Shown piece after piece: positions 12,170 through 24,200 of a stretch of DNA of 64,000 bases. Every line of letters starts with the position of its first letter. Positions within the stretch are counted from its first letter, which is position 1. Source of the stretch: the human T2T-CHM13v2.0 reference genome, Homo sapiens. The notes beneath the pieces are model-generated. The model worked only from the letters and a program-made list of their open reading frames with translations, was not told the DNA's origin and ran no database searches. The stretch lies in assembly GCF_009914755.1 (NCBI RefSeq), contig NC_060943.1. One strand, given 5' to 3'. The position numbers were made by a program, and so were the translations under genes.

Positions 12170-12510
12170 GGGATGTGTCTGCCCAGGCACCTTTGCTTCC
12201 AGTTTTGTCTATCAGATGAATTTTCTTCAGTGTGGTGTGAATAGAAGCAATATGGCACTCAGGGCTTGGTTTTTAAGAAAAGGATGTTCTGTCCAGACGG
12301 AAGTAGAATCTTAATCATATGGAATGGCAAAGCTGAAAGATAGAACTCTGTGTCCCTAAACCACTATTTGGAGGAAAGCTCCCCAGTCATCAAGGAACAC
12401 CAGCAATGGATTATTATATGAGTGAGAAATAAACTTATATTGTGTTAAGGTAATGATATTTGGATTTCAATTGTAATAGCAGCTACTATAATTCTAATCA
12501 ATATAATACC
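12170..12510 (+). mobile_element. Old MaLR LTR (MLT1J-like)
   Basis: GAGTGAGAAATAAACTTATATTGTGTTAAG...TTTGGATT...TGTAATAGCAGC 3' end. Confidence 0.55.
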
Positions 12511-12569
12511 TTTGACTAATGATAGAATTCCTATTTTCCCTGAGTTATAGAGTAGGAACTGTGATGGCG

Positions 12570-14400
12570 TGTTAGTTGCCTGTTGTTGTAACAAATTATC
12601 CCCAAACCTTAGTGGCTGAAAACAGATAGACGTTCATTACCTCAATTTCTTTGGGGAAGGAATCTAGGCACAGCTTAGTTGGGTGCCTCTGGCTCAAGGT
12701 CTCTCAGATGGCTACAGTCTTAGCTGTGGGCCAGTGCTGCAGTCATCTGAAGATTTTGTTAGAGGATAATCAGCTTTCAAGCTCAAGTAAGTGGGCAGGA
12801 CTCAGTTCCCTACAGGCTTTGGCTGGACATGTTGGTTCCTTTCCATGTGGGCCTCTCTGTAGGGCAGCTTACAATATGGCAAGTGGCTTCCTTGAAAAGT
12901 GAGTGAGCAGGAGAGGATGCCCAAGATAGAAGATGAAGTCCTTTTGTAACCTAATATTAGAAGTGATATCCCCTCATCTTTGTATTTGGTTAATTAGGAG
13001 TCACTAGGTTTAGCCTACCTTCAAGGGGAGGGGATTACAAAATAGTTTGAGTAAGAGGAGGTGGGGAACTTTGAGAGACATCGTAATGGCTGTCCACCAC
13101 AGTCTTCCTCCGTCCCCACCTCCCCAGTGATTCATTTCCCTTCCAGATGCAGAATACACTCACTCCTTCCAAGGCCCCTCTCAGAGTCTCACCTCATTAC
13201 AGGATCACCTCAAAGTCAATAATCTTGTCATCTAACATAGGTACAGGTGCTAATGAAGCCCATAAGATATACTTTCTTAAGTATGGGTATTGATCTGCAG
13301 ACCTTTAGACTTAAAGAAAATAAAGAACAAGTTATCTGTCTCCCCTCCTCCACCACCCCTAACCGATACAGTGGAATCACTGCTCCATAGCAATTCTGAA
13401 ATCTAACCAGACAAATGTTTGGAAATTCCTTTATTAGGTCACATGGCCTGGGATAATTATCCACCATCTGAACTCTTGGTTCTGCCCTCTGAATCCTTTT
13501 TTCCTGCAACGCATTTGCAGTTCAATAGCTTTTTTTTTATTATTATACTTTAAGTTTTAGGGTATATGTGCACAACGTGCAGGTTAGTTACATATGTATA
13601 CATGTGCCATATTGGTGTGCTGCACCCAGTAACTCGTCATTTAACATTAGGTATCTCTCCAAATGCTATCAATAGCTTTCTTAGCTTGCTTACTAGAGTT
13701 TTAGGAATCTAGTGGCGTCTCTTCATTTTGTGCTGTCTCTGTCCCTCTCACTCCAGTTGGCAGAGTTTCTACTGAGTCTTCTGAAAATGTTGTGGGCTTC
13801 ATGAGAACCTCATTGGGGTTCACTGCACAAGACAAAAGCCACAGCCACAAATCTCTTTGAGATAAGCTTCTTAGAGGCCTAATTATTTGAATAAGAGTGT
13901 CTGTCAGGTCGCCTTAATCTCTTTACAGAGCTTTTGTGTGGTTAAATAGTACTGAGATACCAGCTTTGGTCTTTCTGAGGTTCTGGATTTTACAGCCATG
14001 CCCTTAGTTTTTATCTAGACCAGTTTTCCTAGCAGTAACTTGGATTTCATTTTTGCTTGGAAGCCCTTTCTTGTTTTTGGCATTGTTTGCCACCTACAGA
14101 GGCTAAGAATTTTCAAAATCCTAATGTCCTCTTTGTTAACAGTTATTCCCTCAATTTATATCTCTTCTTTTGCATGTTTCTGTAAGCAGCAAGAAAACAA
14201 CAGCAACAGGACATTCAGCACATTCCTTGAAAATCTTAGCTACGTCACCCAGTTCTTCTTCCTGCATTAGCTGCAAATAACAGGCTGCTAAACTTTCTGC
14301 CATTACATAACAAGGACCCTCTTTCCTCCAGTTTTTAATGGAGTATTTCTCACTATCCTTTTAGCCTTCACCAGCACTTAAGACCCAAAATTTCTGGACA
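12570..14400 (-). mobile_element. MLT1F-like MaLR LTR (about 12570-13101) plus MLT internal sequence
   Basis: TGTAACAAATTATCCCCAAACCTTAGTGGCT...GCTTAGTTGGGTGCCTCTGGCTCAAGGTCTCTC...CCACCACA then MLT-int-like sequence. Confidence 0.7.
13530..13670 (-). mobile_element. Severely 5'-truncated young L1PA (PA2-PA4-like) 3' end with target-site duplication
   Basis: TTATTATTATACTTTAAGTTTTAGGGTATATGTGCACAACGTGCAGGTTAGTTACATATG...AATGCTATC; flanking repeat TCAATAGCTTT at 13522-13532 and 13669-13679. Confidence 0.9.
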
Positions 14401-14499
14401 GTCCCTTTTCTATACAAGTATTGGACAAACTCCAAGCATCCCAACAAAGGCTTTAGCATTACCTGTCTCAGTGAGACAAGAGTTGGAGATTGAGTTCAA

Positions 14500-16460
14500 C
14501 ACAGTGAACTGCCTACTAAAAACAAAATTCAGACGGACTTTTTGTCTGTAGAGACAACAGAGTCTCTACAGTATGTTACTCATAGAGTAAGAATTATTAG
14601 ATATGTGAAAACATAAGCCACATTCAAGAGAAGAAAGCAATACAAATCCTTAAACACTGGTATTAGCAAACAAGAATGATAAAGCCCCTATTATAATTAT
14701 TCTGAATGACATAAAGGAAAATGCTATTAATGGATGAGCAGATGGGAATTTCAGCAAATGAGTAAATCAGTTTGAAAATGGGAATTCTAAAACTAAGAAA
14801 TACAATGTTTGAAAGTAAAAATCCACTGGATAGGTTTAACAGGAAATTTGAGGTGGCAGAATAGTTAATGAAGTTGAATATAGATAGAAATTATTTAATC
14901 TGAAACAAAAAGGATTGAAAGAAATTAAAAGGACTGAATAGTGCTGGTGATAATGTCAAAAGGTGACTTGTGATAATGCTTTGTGTTCTCTGATCTTCCT
15001 AGATCTGTGGTTTGGTGTTTGTTTTCTTGCTTTTAGAGACAAGGTCTTGCTTTGTTGCCCAGGAGGGAGTGCAGTGGCAGGATAATGGCTTGCTCAAGCA
15101 ATCCTCCCACCTCAGCTTCTCGAGTAGTTGGGACTACAATTACACAGCACCACACCCAGCTAATTTTTGTATTTTTTTAAAGATGGGGTCTCACTATGTT
15201 GCCCAGGCTGGTCTCAATCTCCTGGGCTCAAGCAATCCTCCCACTTTGGCCCCCCAAAGTGCTGGTATGTATCACAGGCATGAGCCACCACACTGGCCTG
15301 GTGTCCTGTCATTAATTTTAGAAAATTCTCAGTCATTATTCAAATATTTTCTCTCCTTTCTCTCTTCCCCTCCTGGTATTCCAGTTACGCATATATTTCA
15401 CCTTCTGTAATTGTCCCATGGTTCTTGGATATTCTGTTCTTTTTCTTTTTTCATTCTTTTTTTTTCCTCTTTGTATTTCAGTTTGGGAAATTTCTATTAA
15501 CATATCTTCAAGCTCACCCATTCATTTCTCAGAGTGTCTTAGTCTGAGGGGCTCACTAAAGGTAATCTTCATGTCTGTTACAATGGTTTTCAATTGCTAG
15601 GATTTCCTTTTGATTCCTTCTTACAGTTTGCATCTCTCTGCTTACATTACCCATCTGTTCTTGCATGTTGTCTACTTTTTCCAAGATGCTTCTCCTTCTG
15701 TGGGCTTCCCTAAGAACTCCTTCTTAAATAGAGTCTGTGCCTTGCAGTTTTCTCTGTTGTAATCTACTGTTATTGACCAGAGCCCCATTAGTGTGGCAGT
15801 GAGGTACAGTGGGGAGGGAAGCATTCTATAATCTTATTATTAAATACTATTTTTCTAGTGGGCTTGAGGCCTTGGACTGTGATCTTCAGAAGCACTTCTT
15901 AGCCTTTCAAAAATCCTGCCTTACTGAGACAGACAGGCTATAGAGGGACTGGAGCTGGCCAATTGCCTCTCCCCAAGGTCCAACAAGACTCTAGTAAGTA
16001 GTTTTTCTTGGAGTGCAGGTGTTTATTATGGAAAATGTGGTGCTTACTTTTCTCCTCCCCTTGCCCAAAAACCTGAGATTTTTCCCCATTCTTCACTGAG
16101 AGAATTTGATAGGGTTTCTGGAGGTAAAATTCACGAAAGTGTGGGGGCCCATCTAAGATTGGGCCCCTAGGAGTTTTTAACTCACAAGTTAGCCCACACT
16201 AAGCCTCCAGCAATTCATCAAAATTATAAAAAATAAAAGTTTTTACCAGTTTATAACTCCAGTGGCTTCTGCTTCAAGTAAGCTAATCTTGGCTGTAATT
16301 TTATGTATTTTTCTTTCTCGGGATTTTGGGGTGTCAGTTACCTTTCTATCTTCAGTTCTCTGATGGATCTAAGAAAAGTTGATTTTCAGTTTGTTGAATG
16401 ATTTTGTTGTTGTGAAGATGGGAATGAAGGCTTCCGAGCTCTTTATATGCCAGAGCTAAA
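14500..16460. mobile_element. Old L1M 5'/ORF1 fragments (+ to about 14960, then -)
   Basis: ORF1 coiled-coil-like A-rich sequence; minus-strand translation GELEDMLIEISQTEIQR. Confidence 0.6.
15020..15298 (-). mobile_element. AluJ-like element, antisense
   Basis: GAGACAAGGTCTTGCTTTGTTGCCCAGG ... CATGAGCCACCACACTGGCC. Confidence 0.88.
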
Positions 16461-16703
16461 ATGAGAATATTATCATTTTCATCCAACTCAAATAACCACA
16501 AACGTTACAAGCTCTAAGATGATATTTGCTGTTTCATAGTTAAAGTATCTTCACAGCTAGACTTGGCTTTATTATGTTGTTTATGATGTCTGACATAAAT
16601 TGGATCCAGGAGAGTCCAGTCTAGATGTCACTGTGTGGCCTTGGGTGATTGAGTGTGACTGGGAGGGTGAGTTAGTTTCTGGTGAGCCAGTATCTATGAT
16701 GCT

Positions 16704-17080
16704 GTATCTTGGTCAGCTGGGGCTGCTATAACAAAATATCATAGACTAAGTGACTTGACTAAGAGACTTTATTTTTCACAATTCTGGAGGCTGGGAAGTT
16801 AAAGTGCTGGCACATTCAGTTCTTGGTGAGGGCCCCGTTGGCTTGCAAATGGGTTACATCCTGCTGTGTCCTCACATGGCCTTTGCTTGGTGGTTGTGTA
16901 AACATGGAGACCCCTCCTTCCTCTTTTTTAATAAGTGCACTGACCCCATCATAAGGGTATCACCCTTATGACCTAATCTAAAACCAGTTACCTCCCCAAA
17001 GTCCCACCTCCTAACGTCATCACACTAGGGGTTAGGGTTTCACCATAGTAATTTTGGGAGGACATATTCAGCCTATAACA
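16704..17080 (-). mobile_element. MLT1A-type MaLR LTR
   Basis: GGGCTGCTATAACAAAATATCATAGACT...CACAATTCTGGAGGCTGGGAAG...ATTCAGCCTATAACA. Confidence 0.8.
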
Positions 17081-17329
17081 TGTTGTGTCATGGTGAGACT
17101 GGCAATGCTAGATTTCGTGATTTCCTAAAAAATAAAATAAAAATAAAAAACTAAGCACCTACTATGTGCTGTTTTAGTCACTGAGAATATAACCCTGAAC
17201 AGGACGGAAGCTGTGTGCCTTCTTGGAACCCTCCTTCCAGCAGGGAGAGATAAAATGGGGTGGGGGGAGGTGAGGGGCGTACCGTATATCAGAGAGCAGT
17301 AACTAGTAGGCATGAAATAAAACAGGTTC

Positions 17330-18540
17330 CACACGCGCACCATCAGAAAGTCACAAGTGTGCAAAGCAGACAAATCCCAATCTCCTCACTTTTCTATCGC
17401 GTAGGCCCCGCCCGCGCCCCAAGCCCCGCCCTGTCATGGTTTTCCTCTCCAGAGGGTAGCCGCTACGCCTTACCGACTGCGTTTCAGTGCTGTCCCACTG
17501 CTCCTGCACACCCCACGCCTGCGACCCTACCCACCACGGACAGGCGCTCCTGCGAGCTGGAAGCCAGTTCTCTGCGTCCTGAGCCTGGCAGCTGCATCTG
17601 AACACTCGGAGCCTGGCGATGGCTTCCAGAAACCCCTGCGCCGTGGGTCGCTTCAGTGAAGGGGCCTGTACTTCGGTGACCCAGACTCCGGGCTGAGAGG
17701 CCTCCTAATCCAACCAGGAGGACCAGGAGAGGCCCAAAAGGGGACACAGGGCAGTGACCGCCAGGCTTGGAGAGGAGCCGCTCCTGGCAAAGCCAGCGCC
17801 CTATTTCTGAACGCCGCCTCCGTTCCGGACTACACTTCCCAGGGGCTATTGCAGCGGAGGACACGCCCACTTCCGGAAAGGACCCAAAGCCGGGCGAGTG
17901 CACGTCCCGCCGGTTGCTGAGGAGAAGGGAGGTCTGGGCGGGGCAGCGGCCGAGGCTGGACTGGGGCGCGGCGGGGGCGGTGTCCTGGTTCCTGTGTGGG
18001 CGGCGGGCGTGAGCGTGCGCGTGTGGCCTGGTGGCTGTGAGTGCCCATACGTGGTGAGCGTGCGGTGCTGTGCTGAGGAGGGGCGAGCGCGCGCGGGGAT
18101 GGCGGCCCGGTGTGTGACTGTCCGGTGCGTGGCCGCGAATCTGCGCCTGCGTGCATGGCCCGGCGGCGTGCGGAAGGCGGTGTGTGTTGGAATGAGTGAA
18201 GCACTTTAAGTGGCCAAGAGCAGGAAACCCGGCTGGAGGAGGCTTACCCCGTTCTCCCCTGTATCGACTGCGTAGAGCCCAGTGTGGGCAAAGTCCTAGA
18301 GCCCGGGGAAGTTGCCCGGGCGGGGCAGCCTCGGCTGAAGCATTTCCTGTCAGCCCTATCTGGAAGGGGCAGAGCCCAGGACAGGGCTCCATGTCCACAG
18401 GACGGCGAGGAGCGAAGACCATGGGGACTGAGTACACAGGTAAGAGTGACAGATGACGGATGTGGCTGCCGGAGTGGACATTGAGGTTTTGGGTGCTGTC
18501 TTTCGGGGTTCAGGTGCTGGAGGAGGATGTCCCCCGTTTC
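17330..18540. promoter_or_regulatory. ZNF470: CpG-island promoter of ZNF470 (probably bidirectional)
   Basis: Dense CpG/GC; ZNF143/THAP11-type ACTACACTTCCCAG at 17829-17842; ETS CACTTCCGGAA at about 17868-17878; GC boxes; NRF1-like TGCGCCTGCG near 18142. Confidence 0.9.
17870..18439 (+). other. ZNF470: ZNF470 exon 1 (5'UTR; start approximate), containing upstream ATGs at 18391 and 18421
   Basis: Strong donor CAG|GTAAGA at 18440 at the 3' edge of the CpG island. Confidence 0.75.
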
Positions 18541-19029
18541 TAAGGCTAGTGGACCTGGAAGTCGAAAGATTTGGAGGGTCACCTTGGGTCAGAGTGGAGC
18601 TGGGTTTAGTTAGGGAGGGACCTTGACTTGGCCAGAGACACCTAACCAGATAACCTGACTCAGGTCCTTGGTATATCACTAAGGGCCCATGGGAGAGAAC
18701 ACTACCCGTAATATTACCCATTATAGCATTACTTCTGGGTACTCTGCTGCTGTTGAAGGAATAGCTCAGCATTTAGATTTTTACCCGTCAGAGCCTTGTC
18801 CCATCTATCACTGTAGGATTTGGGAAGAAGGCGAGATTCACAGCTTCACCCAGAAATGCCGAGGCATTCCAGCCTTTCTATGGCTTAATCACGTTCTAGT
18901 CAATAACGGAAGATATCCCCATTCCTTGGGCTTCTCTCCCTCCCCTCTGGCCTCCCACTCCAATAAAGAGAAAGGGGGAAGAAGGGCTATTTTTAGCCAT
19001 ATTGTTCTGTGCTTGTTTAGTTTCCTGCA

Positions 19030-19250
19030 TGCTATAGTAATAGCTAATGTTTAATGAGTATTTATTATGTGCCAGACACAGTTCTAAGACCTTTTGGGAG
19101 TATCAGCACCAAACTTCACAACATTATGAAGTAGGAACTACTTACCTCTTTTTTACAGATGAAGACACAGAAGCATAGAGAGGATAAGTAATCACTAGCA
19201 AGTGGAAGAACCGGGATTCAGATCCAGAACAGGCTGACTCCAGAGTCACT
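19030..19250 (-). mobile_element. MIR element overlapping ZNF470 exon 2
   Basis: TTTATTATGTGCCAGACACAGTTCTAAG...TTTTACAGATGAAGACACAGAAGC...GCAAGTGGAAGAACCGGGATTC...CTGACTCCAGAG (MIR core). Confidence 0.8.
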
Positions 19251-19284
19251 GGCTGTCATGTAGTTTCCTCAACTACTGCCTCAG
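19159..19284 (+). other. ZNF470: ZNF470 exon 2 (126-nt, MIR-derived 5'UTR exon)
   Basis: Acceptor CTCTTTTTTACAG ending at 19158; donor CAG|GTAGGT at 19285. Confidence 0.7.
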
Positions 19285-20055
19285 GTAGGTTTCTTAGCCA
19301 CTTTTGACAATTAAAGAAACTGACTCTGAAAGGGTTAAATAACTAAATAGTTCATATGCCAGAACCTCCACTGAGCAGGTTTGGGGTTTTTTTCTTAAAA
19401 AGTTTATGACTCTAAGTTCTTAGGTAAAATGGAGATGGTAATATTATATACCTCACAGTACTGTCATAAGGATTAAATGACCTCATACATGTAAAGCACT
19501 TGGTATAGTCCCTGCCATGTAATGTGTTCATTTTTATCATCATTATGATAATCCTTTGAGAAGGCAGTGGAATTTAGATGAAAGAAACTAGAATTAATTC
19601 AGATACTTTATCCTCTTCCTTCCTAATTAAGGAAACATGGCTCAGTGGAGTCAAGGGACTGCTTCAACACTGTAGTTTGTCACAAAACAAAATGAGATCC
19701 TAGGCCTCATGAGGATTTTTTCATTTGGTTGTCTGCAAGTCACATGGACTCTGTTGTAACGAAAGGAATGCCTCTCTCTGGAAAAGATGGAATTCTCCAT
19801 GGAATTTGTCTTATAGAATGTTCACAAATCCTGGCCAACTGCACAGAGGACTTATTTTCTGTTATTTTCTGGTATATGAGCAAATAACTTCTGTGATAGA
19901 GTCAGCCAGACCTAGGTTGGTGACTAGGTTATTTACAAATTTGTGTGACTTGTGGAAAAGACTTGACTTCCCAGAGCTTTCTTGTGTAAAATGGTGACAA
20001 TATACCCGATTCTGTTTGAAGATTTTGGAGATTTAAAGACAGTATTAATATATGC

Positions 20056-20400
20056 AGCACAGACATGGTGGCTCATGCTTGTAATCCCAGCACTGTGGGA
20101 AGCCAAGGCAGGAGGATTGCTTGAGGCCAGGAGGTTGACCAGATACCTAACTCCAGGAGGTTGACACCTCCTGGCCTCAAGCAATATAGTGAGCAATTGG
20201 GCAATATAGTGAGACCCCCATCTCTATCAAAAGTAAAAAAACTAGCTGGGCATGGTGGCACATGCCTGTAATCTTAGCTACTTAGGAGGCCTAAGCAGGA
20301 GGATCCCTTGAGCCCAGAGTTTGAAGATACAGTGAGCTATGATCACGTCACTGTACTCCAACCTGGGCAACAGAGTGAGTCCCTGTCTTAGAAAAAAAAA
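20056..20400 (+). mobile_element. AluJ-like element with an internal inverted/duplicated scar
   Basis: GGTGGCTCATGCTTGTAATCCCAGCAC ... CCTGTCTT + A tail; rearranged at 20116-20214. Confidence 0.88.
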
Positions 20401-20714
20401 ATGTACACACACACACAGGCTAGTATTAATAAATCTGTTGTTAATGAATTGGTGGCTGATGGGGAGAGGGGGTCAAGAGATATTATGCTCATCCTGAAAA
20501 CCCAGAGCAGAGGGGAACCCCAGCTATATATTTCAAGTCTCCCAAAGAGCATCAGGACTGTGGGGTGGGGGAGTTGGAGTGAGGACTGTGAGTGAGGACA
20601 GAAGAAGCTGAAGGGAAGAAAGCATTTTCAGACTTTGATTATTAGTGCTACTTGGTTTCTCACTACTTCTTTTTCTCCCCAGCTCTACAATCCCAGAGTA
20701 AAGCTCTTCTCCAA

Positions 20715-20774
20715 ATGAAGAGCCAGGAAGAGGTAGAGGTGGCAGGAATTAAACTTTGTAAAGCCATGTCCCTG
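20715..20774 (+). CDS. ZNF470: ZNF470 first coding exon (exon 20683-20774): MKSQEEVEVAGIKLCKAMSL
   Basis: Acceptor TTTTCTCCCCAG ending at 20682, ATG at 20715, donor CTG|GTGAGT at 20775; phase 0 joins KRAB-A. Confidence 0.88.
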
Positions 20775-21982
20775 GTGAGTTAGTATTCCCCCTCTCCCCA
20801 CTAAAATAGTTTTGCTTTTCTGGATTTGGTAATACTTGTTTTCTTCTGAAAATATTGTGCTTAAGAGTTCCACCCTGAGGCCTGTTTCCTGTTTCTTCCC
20901 TTTCTGATATGTGATGGGGTTGTGAGTGAGGGATAGACTCACACAGCCCAGTGCCCTCTCAGAGGTTCCTTCTCTTCTTCCTGCTCATTGTTTATTTTTC
21001 ATTCAGGAAATGACCCAGTCTGAGCCCTTCCCTTGTGCTCAGTCTTTTCATAGGCATCTGACAAAGCAGAAGTACAATCCTCAGAGGAAATTTCCATGCC
21101 TGGTTCCTAAGTCTCAGTCCTGATTCTCAGAGAGGTTATAATCTGCTGGAGAAATGAAAAGGCAGCAAACACTTACGCAGTGTGAGAAGTGCTGCAAGCA
21201 GAGAGTAGACTCACAGTGGAATACTTGGGAAGGGCCATTAATAGCCCATATGATGTCTTTGGGTGAATTAGAAAAAAAAGTGCCCCTTCCTCTCTACTGA
21301 TGAAGCTCTGTAACAGGCCGCACAATATGGCAAGAGGAAGTCTACCGTATTTTAGCTCCTTCCTGCCTCCTTGGTGAGGGATCCTTGAGCAGGATATAGC
21401 CTGCACCATCCTACTCACTGCTGAGGGCAGGAAGGGTTGGGGGGACTTCACAGAGGAAGTGATTCCTGAGTTACGCCTTGAATGAAATGGAGGAAGTGCA
21501 GGCATATGGGATTGATGGCATTCTGAACAGAGTATGCAAAGGTTTGTTCTCCCCATTTGACCATGGAGCCGTGAACATCTTAAAATGCCAAGGAATGTTT
21601 TACATCCTTTCTTCTTTCTAGGTTGAATACCATAATCTGTTTAGTCAGTCCCTTGTTGTTCCGTAGGTAAATTGTTGACAATTATCTGCTGTTAATAGAG
21701 TGTTGCAGTAATTATTCTTGTAGTTGAATTTTTGCCCTCATCTCTGATTATTTTCTTTGACTAAATTCCTAGTTTTTCATTCCTTGTGGATTAAAGTTTC
21801 TCAAACTGACCCTACCCTAGAACATTTTAAATTTTATTATTTTTATGGCCAACAATAGAAGCTTCAGAGCTACAGTTCATGTTCTGATTAAGATAAACTG
21901 TTAATCTAGTTTCACCAGCAAATTGCTTATTGTAAGAAAGTATTGAATTTGGTTTACAAACTTAGAAAATTAAAATTTTTAA

Positions 21983-22318
<336 letters not shown>

Positions 22319-22627
22319 AAAAATTTTTTTTTTATAATAGGCATAACAACTTATGGCCAGAGCATGACACCTTTTCTTAGGTATAATGCCATGAAACATA
22401 CACTACCAAGGTAACTTGTTTCTTAGCGCATTTGGACATTTTAAACAAAAGCATTCATGTCAGTTGCCAGAGGAAAATATTTTAAGAGTGGCAGAATTTG
22501 TCATAAAGGTTAAGATGGACTATGCACACTCCACTCTTTTTCCCAGTGAAAGTTGCTATAAAACCAGGACAGCATGCCTGGAACAGCAATCTGAGGTCTC
22601 TGTAAAGTAAATAGTAGCAGGCAGACT

Positions 22628-22741
22628 GGACACAGTGACTCACACCTGTGATCCCAGCACTTTGGGAGGCTGAGGCGGGTGGATTACCTGAGGCCAGGAG
22701 TTCAAGACCAGCCTGGCCAACATGGTGAAACCCTGTCTCTA

Positions 22742-22796
<55 letters not shown>

Positions 22797-22964
22797 ATTA
22801 GCCAGGTGTGGTGGTGCATGCCTGTAATCCCAGCTATTCAAGAGGCTGAGGCATGAGAATCACTTGAACCTGGGAGGTGGAGGTTGCCGTGAGCCAAGAT
22901 TGTACCACTGCACTCCAGTCTGGGCAACAGAACAAGACCCTGTCTCAAAAAAAAAAAAAAAAAA
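22628..22964 (+). mobile_element. AluS element with expanded (A)n(TA)n middle linker
   Basis: Dimeric Alu; flanking near-repeat AGTAGCAG(G/T)CAGA(C/T)T. Confidence 0.92.
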
Positions 22965-24067
22965 GTAGCAGTCAGATTGGGGAAAAAGCCCCAGATTTGA
23001 AGTACCACCAGACCATGGTGCGTTTACCTTCAAGAGACTCAAAACCTGCAAGTGGGTAATGATGTGGACAGAAAGAGCTGCAGGAGAAGCCTTCTAGTTG
23101 ATAATCAAACTGCTGAAAACTAAAGACAAAAAAATCTCAAAAACCAGCCACTGAAAAATGATGAAGAACTGTCAACCTAGAATACTATGTCCAGGGAAAG
23201 TAGCCCTTAGGAATGCAGATAAAATAAAGTTACTCATAGGAAAGAAAACTAAGAACATTCACTGCCAGAATTCTGCAAGAATCACTAAAGGGAGTTCTTC
23301 AGATAGAAATTATACCAGAAGGGAACTTGGAGCATCAGGGTGAAGGAAGTGCAACAGAAATGGGAAATATTATATGTAAATACAATAGACTGTTCTCTTG
23401 AGTTTATAAAAATATCTTCAATGGTTAAAAACAAAGCTGATAGCTTAACTAAACAGAACAGTATTTTAATATAGGTAATCTAGATTCAGAGACCATGTCT
23501 AAACTATTGTAGCATACTACAGTTAGGTAAAATAAGATGTAAGAATTATGATTGAAATACTAAATGAAATGTTTCACCTGTTCTTCTTGGCCTTCTCTTC
23601 TTCTCTCTCTGTTTTTTCCCTTCTGTCCTTCTTCATCCTTATCATAGGCAACAATTCTTAAGCAATTACATCATGCCAGGCATTTTAGATCTGTTTCTTC
23701 ATTTAATTTTCACAGTGCTGCCATGAAGCAAGTACTATATTTCCATTTTTCAGATGGGAAAACTGAGGCACAGGGAAGTTAAATTTGGCCAACCTCACCC
23801 AGCTAGTCAGTACTACAGACCAAATTCATTGGAGTAATCTGACCTTTTTTCTGATTTATTCAAAACTGGTATTTATTTAAAAGTCTGATGTTGATATAAG
23901 TGAAGTCATAAAAAAATTGAAAATCTCCCAGTAACAGTCCAGTGGATCACTTTGTGGGTTGGTTAGGAAATGGAGCTCATGTAACAAAACACAGGTTGCT
24001 TGATATGTGCTCACATCACATTATTTCTCCTGATAATTTCCCATTAGATTATCAAAAAACAACTTTT

Positions 24068-24200
24068 GGGCATGTTGGCTCAGGCCTATAATCCCAACTC
24101 TTTGGGAGGCTGAGGTGGGAGGATTGTGAGAGGCCAGGAGTTTGAGATCAGCCTGGGCAATATAGTAAGACCCTGTCTCTACAAAATGAAGAAGTAAATA
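24068..24200 (+). mobile_element. Alu monomer (FLAM/AluJ left arm)
   Basis: Single arm flanked by AAAAACAACTTTT repeats. Confidence 0.8.

Noticed and set aside
17484-18437. 317-aa minus-strand ORF across the ZNF470 CpG island
   Set aside because: GC-rich, stop-poor sequence; low-complexity Pro/Arg/Ala/His peptide with no recognisable domain
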